DNA from: a virus
Lineage: Duplodnaviria; Caudoviricetes
Direction: 5' to 3' (one strand)
Virus record (IMG/VR): IMGVR_UViG_3300043438_001546
Coordinates: 1-61,016 of that record
DNA: 61,016 nucleotides
The notes beneath the pieces were generated by a model. That model saw only the letters and a program-made list of their open reading frames with translations, was not told the DNA's origin and did no database searches. Position 1 is the stretch's first letter; each line of letters begins with the position of its first letter. The translations under genes and the position numbers were made by a program. This document shows positions 16,651 to 27,511 of the stretch, piece by piece.

Positions 16651-17152
16651 ACTATTTGATGCAATAAATGGTAAAGTAGTTCCAACAGAACACTGCCAGA
16701 CTATTCCTTTTTTGAGAAGAATAATGGAAGAGTATCCGGACAATCATTTGCAAATCTATGCATACTTGTTTTATATGAGTTGCCGAAGTTCAGAGAATCC
16801 ATACTTTAATAGACCGCAAGATGAAGTTCAAGATGAAATTCTTTCTGATTTAAATCCTAACTTTGATCCAGAAGACAGACTTATTCGCATAGCACTAGAT
16901 AGATGCAAAGACATGTATGAAACTCCAACTATTCGTGCATACAATGGTATTTCTAACATGTTAGAAAAACTTGCATTTTATATGGAAAATCAAACTATTA
17001 CAGATGGCCGAGATGGAAACATTACAGCCATTGTGAGTGCTGCAAAAAACTTTGATGCAATTAGAAAATCATTTAAAGGAGTTGCAAAAGATTTGGAAGA
17101 AGAACAATCATCAAGAGCCAGAGGTGGACAAAAACTAAGTTACGATGATTAA
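16640..17152 (+). CDS. Conserved helical protein upstream of TerL (terminase small subunit candidate)
   Basis: Overlaps the TerL start; the function call rests on position only. Confidence 0.55.
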   Translation: MAIKLFDAINGKVVPTEHCQTIPFLRRIMEEYPDNHLQIYAYLFYMSCRSSENPYFNRPQDEVQDEILSDLNPNFDPEDRLIRIALDRCKDMYETPTIRAYNGISNMLEKLAFYMENQTITDGRDGNITAIVSAAKNFDAIRKSFKGVAKDLEEEQSSRARGGQKLSYDD

Positions 17153-19370
17153 TGATGATTTAGGTCAGTTTCATGAAGACATACCTTTATGGCATGACGG
17201 CATTTGGACAACTTATAGTTTTCCAAACAGGCTTGATATGGCTACAACTTTAGAAGCAGACTATTTTAAAGAACCCGGTCAGTATGATTTTGATGAAGTT
17301 GTTAAAGAGTTTCAAAAACAAGGACTGAAGTTTAAGAAAGATGGTTATTTCTGTGATGCGGCAGATGGCACTAAAGACTTTATTGATTATTGGAATGATC
17401 AAAAACTAAAATCTAGAAAAGGTGTTTTGTTTTGGAAAGGTGATAAAAAGTATTACCTGCCGCGTGATTACTATTTTTGGATTAATTTTTTGCCAATCAT
17501 TGACAAAGTAAAAAGAAAAACAGATTTTCCAGACATTCATGACGCACAATATCACATGTCATTGTATGAAGCAATTGGAGAGTTGTTTTATTTGCATGGA
17601 ATCATATTAAAGAAAAGACAGTTTGGATCTTCATTTTATCATGGAGCTAAACTAGTAAATATTCTATGGTTTGAATACGGACCAGTTCTTAAAATTGGTT
17701 CTTCATTAAGTGCGTATGTTACTGGTGTAAATGGTACGTGGAAAATGATTAATGAATACAAAAACTTTTTGAATCAACATACAGCGTGGTATAGACCAAT
17801 GAATCCAGGAGGAGTTGGTGAGTGGCAACAGAAAATTGAGTATGTTGAAAATGGTAGAAAAACTGAAAGAGGTAGAAAAGGTGTTCTTCAAGCGTTGTCA
17901 TTTGAGCAATCAGATACAGCCGGTGTAGGGGGACTTTGTACTTTGTTTTTTTATGAAGAGGCAGGAATTGCCAAGACTATGGACAAAACATACGAGTTCA
18001 TGCTTCCGGCATTACAAGCTGGTGAAATTACTACAGGATACTTTATTGGTTCTGGAACCGTAGGGGATTTGAAACAGTGCGAACCTTTGCGAAAGTACAT
18101 GTATAAAGCCAAAGGAAATGGATTCTATGAAGTACCAAATAAATGGGCTAATCCAAAAGGAACAGTTCTTATTACAGGATTATTTATTCCTGAACAATGG
18201 TCAATGCCACCATACATTGATGAGTTTGGTAATTCAAAAGTAGAAGAAGCATTAGAAGCACTGATTGAGTTAAAGAAACAGTGGAAAAAAGATTTAGATC
18301 CTGAAACATATCAAATTAGATGTTCTCAGCGACCAACTAACATGGAAGAAGCCTTTGCCTTTAGAGGTGAAAGTATATTTCCACTAGAGTTAGTAAAATC
18401 ACACAAACGCGATATTGAAGAAGGAGATTATCCTTACACCTGTTATAACTTGGCGTATGATAACAAAGGTGAGATTATCGCATCACCAACAACCAAGAAA
18501 CCAATATTAATCTTTCCTATAGAAAAAAGCTCAGAAGATAAATCTGGTGCAATACAAGTATGGGAAGAACCGGATGAAGAAAAAGATTTTTGCACTACAT
18601 ACTTTGCATCAGTCGATCCTGTGTCAGAGGGTAAAACAGTAACCTCTGATTCACTTTGTTCTATTCATGTTTACAAGAACCCAATACAAGTACAAAGAGT
18701 ACTGGCTAACGGTGAAGTGGAAACATTTATTGAAGGAGATAAAATTGTAGCAGCCTGGACGGGAAGGTATGATGACATTAACAAAACACATGAAAGATTA
18801 GAATTAATTATTGAGTGGTATCAAGCTTGGACAGTTGTTGAGAACAACGTACCCTTGTTTATCCAATACATGCAGTTTAAACGCAAGCAAAAGTATTTAG
18901 TTCCATCTTCTCAAATAGTATTCTCAAAAGAAGTACAGCAATCTAAAACTCAGTTTCAACAATACGGATGGCGAAATGTTTCTACCATATTTAAAACTGT
19001 AATGTTGAGTTACTTAATTGAGTACCTTAGAGAGGAGCTTGATGTAGAAACTGATGAAGACGGTAAGATCTATAAGAAGCATTATGGTATATCCCGAATC
19101 CCTGATTACATGGCAATGATTGAAATGGAACATTATCAACCAGGAGTCAATGTGGATAGGCTAATTTCTTTGGGAGCTTTGATTACATTTGTAAAAATAC
19201 AGGAAGCAAGTAGAGGTTTAAAGAAAAGAGTTGAATATGATAATGAAGAACATTTGGAAAAGTCAGAAAATTTGTATAAATTAAATAGGAGTCCTTATAG
19301 ACATATTGGATCAAGCAGTGAATCTTTAAGTATGAAGAAACCCCGCAACCCATTTAAAAATTTTAGATAA
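17145..19370 (+). CDS. terL: Terminase large subunit
   Basis: Walker A KKRQFGSS, Walker B FFYEEAG, GSGTVG coupling motif, nuclease ASVDP and VENN; precedes the portal. Confidence 0.95.
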   Translation: MINDDLGQFHEDIPLWHDGIWTTYSFPNRLDMATTLEADYFKEPGQYDFDEVVKEFQKQGLKFKKDGYFCDAADGTKDFIDYWNDQKLKSRKGVLFWKGDKKYYLPRDYYFWINFLPIIDKVKRKTDFPDIHDAQYHMSLYEAIGELFYLHGIILKKRQFGSSFYHGAKLVNILWFEYGPVLKIGSSLSAYVTGVNGTWKMINEYKNFLNQHTAWYRPMNPGGVGEWQQKIEYVENGRKTERGRKGVLQALSFEQSDTAGVGGLCTLFFYEEAGIAKTMDKTYEFMLPALQAGEITTGYFIGSGTVGDLKQCEPLRKYMYKAKGNGFYEVPNKWANPKGTVLITGLFIPEQWSMPPYIDEFGNSKVEEALEALIELKKQWKKDLDPETYQIRCSQRPTNMEEAFAFRGESIFPLELVKSHKRDIEEGDYPYTCYNLAYDNKGEIIASPTTKKPILIFPIEKSSEDKSGAIQVWEEPDEEKDFCTTYFASVDPVSEGKTVTSDSLCSIHVYKNPIQVQRVLANGEVETFIEGDKIVAAWTGRYDDINKTHERLELIIEWYQAWTVVENNVPLFIQYMQFKRKQKYLVPSSQIVFSKEVQQSKTQFQQYGWRNVSTIFKTVMLSYLIEYLREELDVETDEDGKIYKKHYGISRIPDYMAMIEMEHYQPGVNVDRLISLGALITFVKIQEASRGLKKRVEYDNEEHLEKSENLYKLNRSPYRHIGSSSESLSMKKPRNPFKNFR

Positions 19371-22105
19371 TGGAAATATTAAACGCAATAGACTTAAAAA
19401 AAGGGAAGAAGACCAAAAAAAATAGATTTGGTGTATTTACCCAACCAATTCAATTTGTACCAGCAGATGAAAAAGATGATGAGTGGTCAAAATGGAACAT
19501 TGATTGGTTAGAGTGGCAAGGAATTAAGCAGATAGGTTCTAAAGCCAGACGCATAATGAAAAATTACAAACTTGCTAAAGGTGTAATTGATAAAACCGAT
19601 TATCTACCAGATGTAGAAAATGAAATGACTGAAATGCTTGATGTTCTTACTCAAGGGCAAAATGAAGCATTGGAGTTAAAGTTCTATCCAATTATTCCCA
19701 ATTTGGTTAATACACTGGTTTCTGAATTTGCAAAAAGAAATACCAAAGTTGATTACCGTGCTATTGATGAGTATTCATACAATGAGGTAATGGATAAAAA
19801 AACTGAAGCTATCAGTAAAGTTTTAGTTGAGTATGCTCAACAAAAGCTTATTGCTAAGATGGTTGAAATGGGATTAGATCCAAACTCAGAAGAAGCGCAA
19901 CAACAATTAAATCCAGAAGCATTAAAAAAACTTCCAGAAATTGAAGATTTTTATTCTAAAAAATATCAAACACTTGCTGAAAAATGGGCGGTAAAACAAC
20001 ATGCAATTGATGTGAACCGTTTTAAAATGGACGAGATGGAAGAAACAGCTTTCAGAGATTCATTAATTACAGACAGTGAATTTTGGCATTTTAAAATGCT
20101 AGAAGATGATTACAACATTGAGTTATTAAATCCAGCACTTTCATTTTATCATAAGTCACCAAATGTGCATTACATTTCTCAAGGTAACTGGGCTGGTTGG
20201 ATTGACATGCTTACCATTGCTGATGTTGTAGATAAGTATGGATACTTAATGACAGCTGAACAGTTAGAATCTCTTGAGTTATTGCATCCAGCACGTTCAG
20301 CAAGATACATGATTGATGGTATTCCAAATGATGGTTCATTATACAATACTGATGACAGTTATGAATCTAACAGAAGATCAGGTGTAGATATGCGCAGACA
20401 TCTTTCTTTTGTAGAAAACGCACATGATCCTCATGATGTTGTATCTTACATTGTTGGACAAAGTGAACATGCAGGAAACTTACACACCGTTGAATTATTG
20501 CGTGTATCTACATCTTACTGGAAAACTCAAAGAAGAGTTGGTCAGTTAACTAAGATTGATGAAGATGGTGCTGTTGTTACAGAAATCATAGATGAAAACT
20601 ATGTAGTAACTACAAAGCCTGTTTACAATAAAACATTTGAGAAAAAAGAAACTGGAGATAATTTAATTTTTGGTGATCACATTGATTGGTTTTGGATTAA
20701 TCAAGTGTGGGGTGGTGTAAAAATTGGAAACAACAGAACTATCTTTAATACAGAAACAGATACAGATTTTGATCCAATCTATTTAGGAATTGACAGAGAA
20801 AAACCAGGTCCACTTAAATTCCAATTCCGTGGAGATAAAACTATGTATGGAGCCAAACTTCCAATTGAAGGAAGAGTGTTTTCTGATAGAAATACCAAGT
20901 CAACATCATTTGTTGATTTGTTAAAGCCCTCGCAAATTGGATATAATATCTGCAACAATCAAATAGCAGATATTCTTGTAGATGAACTAGGTTCAGTAAT
21001 TGTACTTGATCAGAATGCAATCCCAAAACATTCAATGGGTGAAGACTGGGGTAAGAATAATCTTGCTAAAGCTTATGTGGCAATGAAAGACTTTTCAATG
21101 CTTCCATTAGATCCAAGTATTGCTAATACAGAAAGTGCTACAAACTTTCAGCATTATCAAGTTTTGAATCTTGAACAATCAAACAGATTGATGTCAAGAA
21201 TCCAATTGGCTAATTACTTTAAGAGTCAGGCCATGGAAGTTGTTGGTTTAAATCCTCAAAGAATGGGACAACAACTTGGACAAATAAATACAGCAACAGG
21301 AATAGAACAGGCAATGTCTGGTTCTTATGCTCAAACTGAAACTTATTTTATTCAACACAGTGATCACTTAATGCCGCGTGTCCATGCAATGCGTACTGAC
21401 TTAGCTCAGTTTTATCATTCAACAAAACCATCTGTTAGATTACAAGGAATGATTTCTCCAGATGAAAGAACAAACTTTGAAATTAATGGCACTGATTTAT
21501 TATTGGTTGACTTAAATGTATTCTGCTTGACCAATGCTAATAATAGAAATACACTTGAACAACTCAAACAAGTGTTCATGAGTAACAATACTACTGGAGC
21601 TTCTGTTTATGATTTAGGTGAATTGATGCAATCAGATTCTATTGGTTCATTGAATGTCATTCTTAAAGGAATTGAAACCAAATCTGAAGAAAGAAGAAAA
21701 GAAGAAATGCAAGCTCAACAACAAGCACAAGAAGCTGAAATTGCTGCTAAGAAAGCTGAGAAACAAATGGAAATGGATCATGTTTCTAGAGAAAAAGAAA
21801 AAGATCGCAGATCTAGATTACTTGAAGCTGAAATTAAAGCGGCTGGTTATGGAGCTATGCAAGATGTTAATAAGAATCAACAATCAGATTTCCAAGATGT
21901 ATTAAAAGATGTTAAACAATCTGAACAATATGCTGATACTATGAACTTTAACAGGGAAAAAGAATCAAGCAAAACAGATTTGCATCAACAAAAACTAGAC
22001 ATTGAAAGAGAAAAAATGATGAATGAATCTAGAAACAAACAAATGGAATTAGCAATTGCTAAGGAAAATAAAAACAGATTTGATGAGAAAAAACCTAATA
22101 AGTAA
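19370..22105 (+). CDS. Portal protein
   Basis: 911 aa between TerL and scaffold/MCP; YPIIPN, TATGIEQA motifs; coiled-coil C-terminus. Confidence 0.9.
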   Translation: MEILNAIDLKKGKKTKKNRFGVFTQPIQFVPADEKDDEWSKWNIDWLEWQGIKQIGSKARRIMKNYKLAKGVIDKTDYLPDVENEMTEMLDVLTQGQNEALELKFYPIIPNLVNTLVSEFAKRNTKVDYRAIDEYSYNEVMDKKTEAISKVLVEYAQQKLIAKMVEMGLDPNSEEAQQQLNPEALKKLPEIEDFYSKKYQTLAEKWAVKQHAIDVNRFKMDEMEETAFRDSLITDSEFWHFKMLEDDYNIELLNPALSFYHKSPNVHYISQGNWAGWIDMLTIADVVDKYGYLMTAEQLESLELLHPARSARYMIDGIPNDGSLYNTDDSYESNRRSGVDMRRHLSFVENAHDPHDVVSYIVGQSEHAGNLHTVELLRVSTSYWKTQRRVGQLTKIDEDGAVVTEIIDENYVVTTKPVYNKTFEKKETGDNLIFGDHIDWFWINQVWGGVKIGNNRTIFNTETDTDFDPIYLGIDREKPGPLKFQFRGDKTMYGAKLPIEGRVFSDRNTKSTSFVDLLKPSQIGYNICNNQIADILVDELGSVIVLDQNAIPKHSMGEDWGKNNLAKAYVAMKDFSMLPLDPSIANTESATNFQHYQVLNLEQSNRLMSRIQLANYFKSQAMEVVGLNPQRMGQQLGQINTATGIEQAMSGSYAQTETYFIQHSDHLMPRVHAMRTDLAQFYHSTKPSVRLQGMISPDERTNFEINGTDLLLVDLNVFCLTNANNRNTLEQLKQVFMSNNTTGASVYDLGELMQSDSIGSLNVILKGIETKSEERRKEEMQAQQQAQEAEIAAKKAEKQMEMDHVSREKEKDRRSRLLEAEIKAAGYGAMQDVNKNQQSDFQDVLKDVKQSEQYADTMNFNREKESSKTDLHQQKLDIEREKMMNESRNKQMELAIAKENKNRFDEKKPNK

Positions 22106-22233
22106 AATAAATGCATGTTTTAACTATAGTATGGAAAAAACTTTTCAGCTAATCAAAAATAGTTAAACATATATTGTTTACAATTGAATAAATTTGCTTA
22201 TATTAATTATAGTCAGAACTAAAACCAACAAAA

Positions 22234-23514
22234 ATGACAGAAGAAGAAAAAGCAGCTCAAGCAGCTGCAACAAACTCTGCTACAGCGGTAGAAGAGGTTG
22301 ATTTTGATAACCTAGATGATTTACTTGGAATCCCATCAGCGAGCTCAGTTATTGCTCCTACAGAATCCAAACCTACGGTTTTAAAGTCAGATAAAGTTGA
22401 CATATCGTTCCTAGATAAAATTGGAGATGATGATACAGAATCATTAAAAGATCCAGTAGTTGCTAAAGCTGCTGTATCCGCACTTGTTGATGATGAATTT
22501 ACTGGAGGCCCTAGTGATGCAGCTGATGAAGTTGAAGAAAAGGATAAAGGTGGAAGACCAAGATTGACAAAAGATGCAATGATTGAAGCAGCAACTAGGT
22601 TAATTGACAAAGGAGTACTTCAACCATTTGATGATGGAAAAGCCCTTGCTGATTATACAGTAGATGACTTTGAAGAACTTATTCAGGCAAACATTGATTC
22701 ACAAACAAGCGAAGTTGCACAAAATGCACCCGTTCAATTGTTTCAACAATTACCAGAAGAAGTTCAAGCAGTTATTCATTATGCGTTGAATGGCGGACAA
22801 GACATCAAATCAGTATTCAGCCAATTAGCTAAAGCACAAGAAACATTTGACTTGGATGTTACTAATGAGCAAGACCAAGAAAGCATTGCTAGACAATACT
22901 TAAATCTTTCTGGCTTTGGTTCTACTGAAGAAGTTGAAGATGAAATCAATGTTCTTAAAGATCGCGGTGATTTGCAAAAATATGCTGAAAGGTATAAACC
23001 AAAATTGGATGCAAGACAAGCTGAGGTAATTGAAAAAAGATTGAAAGATCAACAGTCTGCTCAAGCTCGCAAAAATGATATGGAAAAAAGATACCATGAT
23101 GTTGTTTACAATACTTTAAATAGTAACAACTTAAATGGTATTCCTTTGAATAACAAAGTTCAAACCATGTTATACTATGGTCTTACAGATGCTACTAAGT
23201 ATCAAGATGCAAAAGGTAATGCTACAAATGCATTAGGTTATTTGTTAGAACAACATCAGTTTGGGGAAAAAGCAAATCCTTCATTGGTAGCTGAAGCATT
23301 ATGGTTACTTGCTGATCCGGTTAATTACCGTAACTCAGTAAAACAACTTGGTGCTAATGTTGCAAATGCAAATACAGTGAGAGCTTTAAGAACAGAAGAA
23401 GCTTCAAGAAATACATCATCCACCGGAATCGGGGAACAAAACACAAACGCTAGTAGAGTGTCTTCCAAAAGAGAGCCAATTAAAAGGCAAGGTAAGTCAC
23501 TATTTTCTAGATAA
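22234..23514 (+). CDS. Acidic scaffolding-like protein
   Basis: Acidic and helical; between portal and MCP as in Crassvirales. Confidence 0.7.
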   Translation: MTEEEKAAQAAATNSATAVEEVDFDNLDDLLGIPSASSVIAPTESKPTVLKSDKVDISFLDKIGDDDTESLKDPVVAKAAVSALVDDEFTGGPSDAADEVEEKDKGGRPRLTKDAMIEAATRLIDKGVLQPFDDGKALADYTVDDFEELIQANIDSQTSEVAQNAPVQLFQQLPEEVQAVIHYALNGGQDIKSVFSQLAKAQETFDLDVTNEQDQESIARQYLNLSGFGSTEEVEDEINVLKDRGDLQKYAERYKPKLDARQAEVIEKRLKDQQSAQARKNDMEKRYHDVVYNTLNSNNLNGIPLNNKVQTMLYYGLTDATKYQDAKGNATNALGYLLEQHQFGEKANPSLVAEALWLLADPVNYRNSVKQLGANVANANTVRALRTEEASRNTSSTGIGEQNTNASRVSSKREPIKRQGKSLFSR

Positions 23515-23544
23515 TTAAATAGTAAACAATAAACAAATATAAAA

Positions 23545-25161
23545 ATGAGTACACCAGTTTTAAATAATGGTATGTTCCTTCGGGACAACTATTACACAGC
23601 AAGCTCTCATGTGGATTCTTACCACTTGATGAATTTGATGAAAGATTCTCAACCAGATGATTTGGGACCAATTGAACTTTGGGCGCAAGTTAAAAAGTTA
23701 GAGATGCCTTTATATCAAATGTCTTCTTTTAACGGAAAGAATGTTATTGAGGTAAACCACCCAAGAGGTGAATACAAGTGGTCAACACCTGTATCTGAAG
23801 AACTTCCTTTTGTTATGGAAGATCTTGATCCAACTAACACTGTTAAAGGTGTAGATGGCACTCCGTTTAAAATCAAATTAAACAAACGTGTATTTGGACA
23901 TGGTGATATTATCACTTATGATAAATTCAATGGAAAAGAACTTTATATCACAGATGAAGACATCTTGGATATGGGTGACGGATTTATCTACACTGTTCAA
24001 ATGCCGAATAATGATTCAGCTGCAACATTTGATAACCGCTTTTTAACAAGCAACACTTATTATTTCCGTGTAGGTTCTGCGCGTGGTGAGTATGGTGAAA
24101 GATATTCTGATCTTTCTATGACTCACACAACTCGTGAGTTCTACAACTATGTTGGTAATGCAGATGCACACGTTCACTATACTATTTCATCTAAAGTGAA
24201 ATTGATGGAGAAAGGTGGTATGCAAGCTGACGGTTCAATTCCTGTAACTGAAATTTGGAAAAACTTTGATACGTCAATGGATCCATCTATCAATACATTG
24301 GAAGGAATGGTTGCTGCTAAAGGACAAGGTTATGTGAAAAAAGCAATGGACAATGGAAACTTGGTTCGTTCTTTTATCACTAAGTTGGAAGCAGCTCACC
24401 TTTCTAAAATTGCTTATGATATTGAAACTTACCTTATGTGGGGTAAAGGTGGACGTATCAAGCAAGATGGTCCAGATGATCTTCGTTTATCAGTTGGTTT
24501 GTGGAAACAATTAGACTTGTCTTACAAGCATGTTTACAACAAATCTGATTTCCGTCTTGACATCTTCCGTTCTGAGATCTTCAACTTCTACAATGGTAAA
24601 GTTGACTTCCAAGGACCAGATCCAAAACGTGAATTGATTGTTCAAACAGGTATGGGTGGTATGCGTATTATCAATGAAGCAATCAAGCGTGAAGCTTTTG
24701 CATCTGGATTGGTAATGAATGCAAAAGAATTAGAAGCAGTAAAAGGTTCAGGAATGGACTTGTCTTATGGTTTCTCTTTTACAAGCTACACAATTCCTTT
24801 CTTGGCAAATGTGAAGTTTGTTTTAAACCCTGCGTTTGACAACTTACAAAACAATGAGATTGAAAACCCAATCATTGACGGTTTCCGTTTGTCTTCTTAC
24901 TCATTCATTATCTTTGATATTACTGAGAATGGACAAGACAATATCAAATTGTTGAAATGTGCTTGGAACAAAGATCTTGTTTGGAGATATGTAAATGGTT
25001 CTATGGACTATATGGGACGTACTCAAGGGTTCGCTTCATCTGGTAACTTTAATGGATACCAAATCTACATGACTCAGGCAATGCCTGCAATCAAAGTGGA
25101 AGATCCTACTAAAGTGTTGAAAATTGTTATGAGAAACCCAATCACGGGTGGTTCATTGTAA
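23545..25161 (+). CDS. Major capsid protein
   Basis: 538 aa; synteny; biased high-expression codon usage; YKW, GLWKQL, TGMGG motifs; followed by a terminator. Confidence 0.9.
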   Translation: MSTPVLNNGMFLRDNYYTASSHVDSYHLMNLMKDSQPDDLGPIELWAQVKKLEMPLYQMSSFNGKNVIEVNHPRGEYKWSTPVSEELPFVMEDLDPTNTVKGVDGTPFKIKLNKRVFGHGDIITYDKFNGKELYITDEDILDMGDGFIYTVQMPNNDSAATFDNRFLTSNTYYFRVGSARGEYGERYSDLSMTHTTREFYNYVGNADAHVHYTISSKVKLMEKGGMQADGSIPVTEIWKNFDTSMDPSINTLEGMVAAKGQGYVKKAMDNGNLVRSFITKLEAAHLSKIAYDIETYLMWGKGGRIKQDGPDDLRLSVGLWKQLDLSYKHVYNKSDFRLDIFRSEIFNFYNGKVDFQGPDPKRELIVQTGMGGMRIINEAIKREAFASGLVMNAKELEAVKGSGMDLSYGFSFTSYTIPFLANVKFVLNPAFDNLQNNEIENPIIDGFRLSSYSFIIFDITENGQDNIKLLKCAWNKDLVWRYVNGSMDYMGRTQGFASSGNFNGYQIYMTQAMPAIKVEDPTKVLKIVMRNPITGGSL

Positions 25162-25176
25162 TTAATAACTAAAATT

Positions 25177-25213
25177 GCACAGAGTTTCATTAATGCTACT
25201 CTGTGCTTTTTTT
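25177..25213 (+). terminator. Intrinsic terminator after MCP
   Basis: GCACAGAGT/ACTCTGTGC plus T-run. Confidence 0.85.
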
Positions 25214-25227
25214 TAAACTTTAAAATC

Positions 25228-25485
25228 ATGTCAACAATAAAAGTAGGGGTGTCAAGCCCAGATCCAGTATTACAAAGAGTTCCTTATGCTGAAGCGGCTT
25301 TAGCAAGAATTGCTCATGTAAATGAAGCAATTCGTTTGTTAAAAGTAGATTGTGCTGCAGTAAGTAAGTTACCTACATACGTTCCTTTAACAGCATCAGC
25401 AATCAATACATTAAAACCAGAACTTGATGCAAAGTTGCTTGCTATTGAAACAAAATTAAATGATTTAATTAAAGCATTATCCTAG
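25228..25485 (+). CDS. Small putative virion protein with a C-terminal coiled coil
   Basis: ORF track; SPDP...LARIAHVN. Confidence 0.7.
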   Translation: MSTIKVGVSSPDPVLQRVPYAEAALARIAHVNEAIRLLKVDCAAVSKLPTYVPLTASAINTLKPELDAKLLAIETKLNDLIKALS

Positions 25486-25495
25486 AAAGATGAAG

Positions 25496-25526
25496 AGAGG
25501 TGGTCGTTAAGTGTCCGCCTCTTTTT
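25496..25526 (+). terminator. Intrinsic terminator
   Basis: AGAGGTGG/CCGCCTCT plus T-run; followed by the TATATTTG promoter at 25529-25536. Confidence 0.7.
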
Positions 25527-25565
25527 ATTATATTTGTCAGTCATTAATATTAAACCAACAAAAAA

Positions 25566-26558
25566 ATGAGTACAAAATTAGAACACATGGGAAAGGTCAC
25601 TATTAAACCTTTCACAGATCCAAATCAAGAGAACATGGGACTTGAAAAATATAACTATGTTGTATTTCCTAATACATGCCAAGTAGAATCTCTTGCTGCT
25701 GTAGAGCAAAATGGCAAAATGCGTTATTTGACAGGTCTTAATGAGTTTGCACCAGAAGTAAAACTTATTAAAGACTCAGAAAAAAAAGCTGCTGTAATTA
25801 AAGACATCAGAGAAACAATTGCTTTACTTGAAAGAGAAAGAGCATTTAATCAAATTGATCCAGAGGACAAAGATTTCTGGAGTAAAGTTGAATTGTTTAC
25901 ACCAAGTAATTCAGATATTTGGGGTAAGGTATATTTAAAGTTAGGCAATGATGATATTGTTTTAGATCCAAAAGACAACTTGGATCATCTTATTATTGTT
26001 AAAGCTATTGAGAATGGAGGATTTTCATTAGTAGCTTCTAATTTTGAAGAAGCAAAAAGAACTAAAGCAAAATGGTATCTTGACAGACTGATTGATACTG
26101 TAGCAACAAGTGTTGGCATTACTAAGTTAAAAAACAAAGCAGGTGCTATATTAGAACAATTGTCTGAAGAGAATCCAAGAAAATTGTTTTACATTGCAAA
26201 GAACATTGATGGAAATAGTCCTCAGTATTCAAACAAAACGTTACCAGGAGTTATTTATGGCAACTTAGATAATTACATTAACGGTAAAGGATTTGACAGC
26301 AACTTTAAACGTTGTGCTACAACATTTATTGAAAGTTCAGAAATGAGCATTGAAGACTTAAAAATTAAAGCAATTATCAAGGATGCAAGTTTCTACAAAT
26401 ACATTATTGTAAAACCTGATGGTATGTTACACGAAGCTTCACAAAATGTAATGCTTGGCAGAAATGTATCTGATATCTTAGAGTATTTAAAAAATCCAAC
26501 TAATGAAGATATGTTGGATCTTTTGATGGCTAAGGTTGAAGCTGTTTGGAGTAAGTAA
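25566..26558 (+). CDS. Conserved Crassvirales capsid-module protein of unknown function
   Basis: 330 aa downstream of MCP; YLTGL and DFWS motifs. Confidence 0.75.
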   Translation: MSTKLEHMGKVTIKPFTDPNQENMGLEKYNYVVFPNTCQVESLAAVEQNGKMRYLTGLNEFAPEVKLIKDSEKKAAVIKDIRETIALLERERAFNQIDPEDKDFWSKVELFTPSNSDIWGKVYLKLGNDDIVLDPKDNLDHLIIVKAIENGGFSLVASNFEEAKRTKAKWYLDRLIDTVATSVGITKLKNKAGAILEQLSEENPRKLFYIAKNIDGNSPQYSNKTLPGVIYGNLDNYINGKGFDSNFKRCATTFIESSEMSIEDLKIKAIIKDASFYKYIIVKPDGMLHEASQNVMLGRNVSDILEYLKNPTNEDMLDLLMAKVEAVWSK

Positions 26559-26576
26559 TTTTTAAATTCAAATAAG

Positions 26577-26783
26577 ATGAAAACAACAATGAAAAAAGCG
26601 GTTGCAAAACCAGTTATGAAAGATGGTGGGAAAATGAAAAAATACGGCAATGGAGGTAAAACTTCAGGAGTTGACAATTCAACAACTAATACCACAAAAG
26701 GCGAAATGTTAAAAATGTCAAAAGGTGGAAAGGTTATGCCTAAGAAAGCTATGGGTGGTAAAATGGGTAAAAAGGCTTGCTAA
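26577..26783 (+). CDS. Small K/M/G-rich protein with repeated GGK motifs
   Basis: MKDGGK, YGNGGK, MSKGGK, AMGGK. Confidence 0.75.
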   Translation: MKTTMKKAVAKPVMKDGGKMKKYGNGGKTSGVDNSTTNTTKGEMLKMSKGGKVMPKKAMGGKMGKKAC

Positions 26784-26932
26784 TGGCAAAGAAAGGTCTT
26801 TATGCTAACATTCATGCCAAAAGAAAAAGAATAGCATCAGGTTCCGGGGAATCAATGAGAAAACCCGGAACTAAAGGTGCTCCCTCTAAAAATGATTTTA
26901 TTAAATCTGCAAAAACTGCTAAAAAGAAATAA
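26783..26932 (+). CDS. Small basic protein (49 aa)
   Basis: Hand translation MAKKGLYANIHAKRKRIASGSGESMRKPGTKGAPSKNDFIKSAKTAKKK; TAATG coupling. Confidence 0.8.
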   Translation: MAKKGLYANIHAKRKRIASGSGESMRKPGTKGAPSKNDFIKSAKTAKKK

Positions 26933-26934
26933 TC

Positions 26935-27057
26935 ATGGCTGTAAAAAAAATTAAAAAAGAAAAATCAGAGTGCGGAGAAAAGACTAAAAAAGCTTTTCAA
27001 GCAGGACTGAATGTAGGACGCAACATGAAAAAACCAATTACTAATAAGAAAAAGTAA
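26935..27057 (+). CDS. Small basic protein (40 aa)
   Basis: Hand translation MAVKKIKKEKSECGEKTKKAFQAGLNVGRNMKKPITNKKK; TAATG coupling to the next gene. Confidence 0.7.
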   Translation: MAVKKIKKEKSECGEKTKKAFQAGLNVGRNMKKPITNKKK

Positions 27058-27329
27058 TGGCAAAGACTGCTGCTTGGACTCGCAAAGAAGGCAAAGATCC
27101 TAAAGGTGGATTAAATGCCAAAGGGGTTGCTTCTTACAGAAGAGCAAATCCAGGAAGTAAGTTACAGACAGCTGTAACAACAAAACCTTCTAAGCTTAAA
27201 GCTGGGAGTAAAGATGCCAAAAGACGCAAGTCTTTTTGTGCTAGAATGGGAGGAGTTAAAGGTCCAATGAAAGATGAAAAAGGAAGACCAACTAGAAAAG
27301 CATTGGCTTTAAGAAAGTGGAATTGTTAA
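27057..27329 (+). CDS. Basic phage protein (DUF6321-like)
   Basis: GGLNAKG...RRKSFCARM...ALRKWNC motif. Confidence 0.75.
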   Translation: MAKTAAWTRKEGKDPKGGLNAKGVASYRRANPGSKLQTAVTTKPSKLKAGSKDAKRRKSFCARMGGVKGPMKDEKGRPTRKALALRKWNC

Positions 27330-27340
27330 TACAATAGATT

Positions 27341-27511
27341 ATGGCAACTGTAAAAAAAGGTATGGGTTTTAAAGCAGCTCAAAAAAATATATCTTCTAAG
27401 CAAGGAGTTTCAATGAAAGCTGCTGGTGCAATATTAGCATCTGCCGCAAGAAAAGCATCTCCTGCAGCTAAACGCAAAAATCCTAATCTAAAAAAAGTTA
27501 AAGGGAAATGA
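27341..27511 (+). CDS. Small K/A-rich protein (56 aa)
   Basis: Hand translation MATVKKGMGFKAAQKNISSKQGVSMKAAGAILASAARKASPAAKRKNPNLKKVKGK; ATGA overlap. Confidence 0.75.
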   Translation: MATVKKGMGFKAAQKNISSKQGVSMKAAGAILASAARKASPAAKRKNPNLKKVKGK

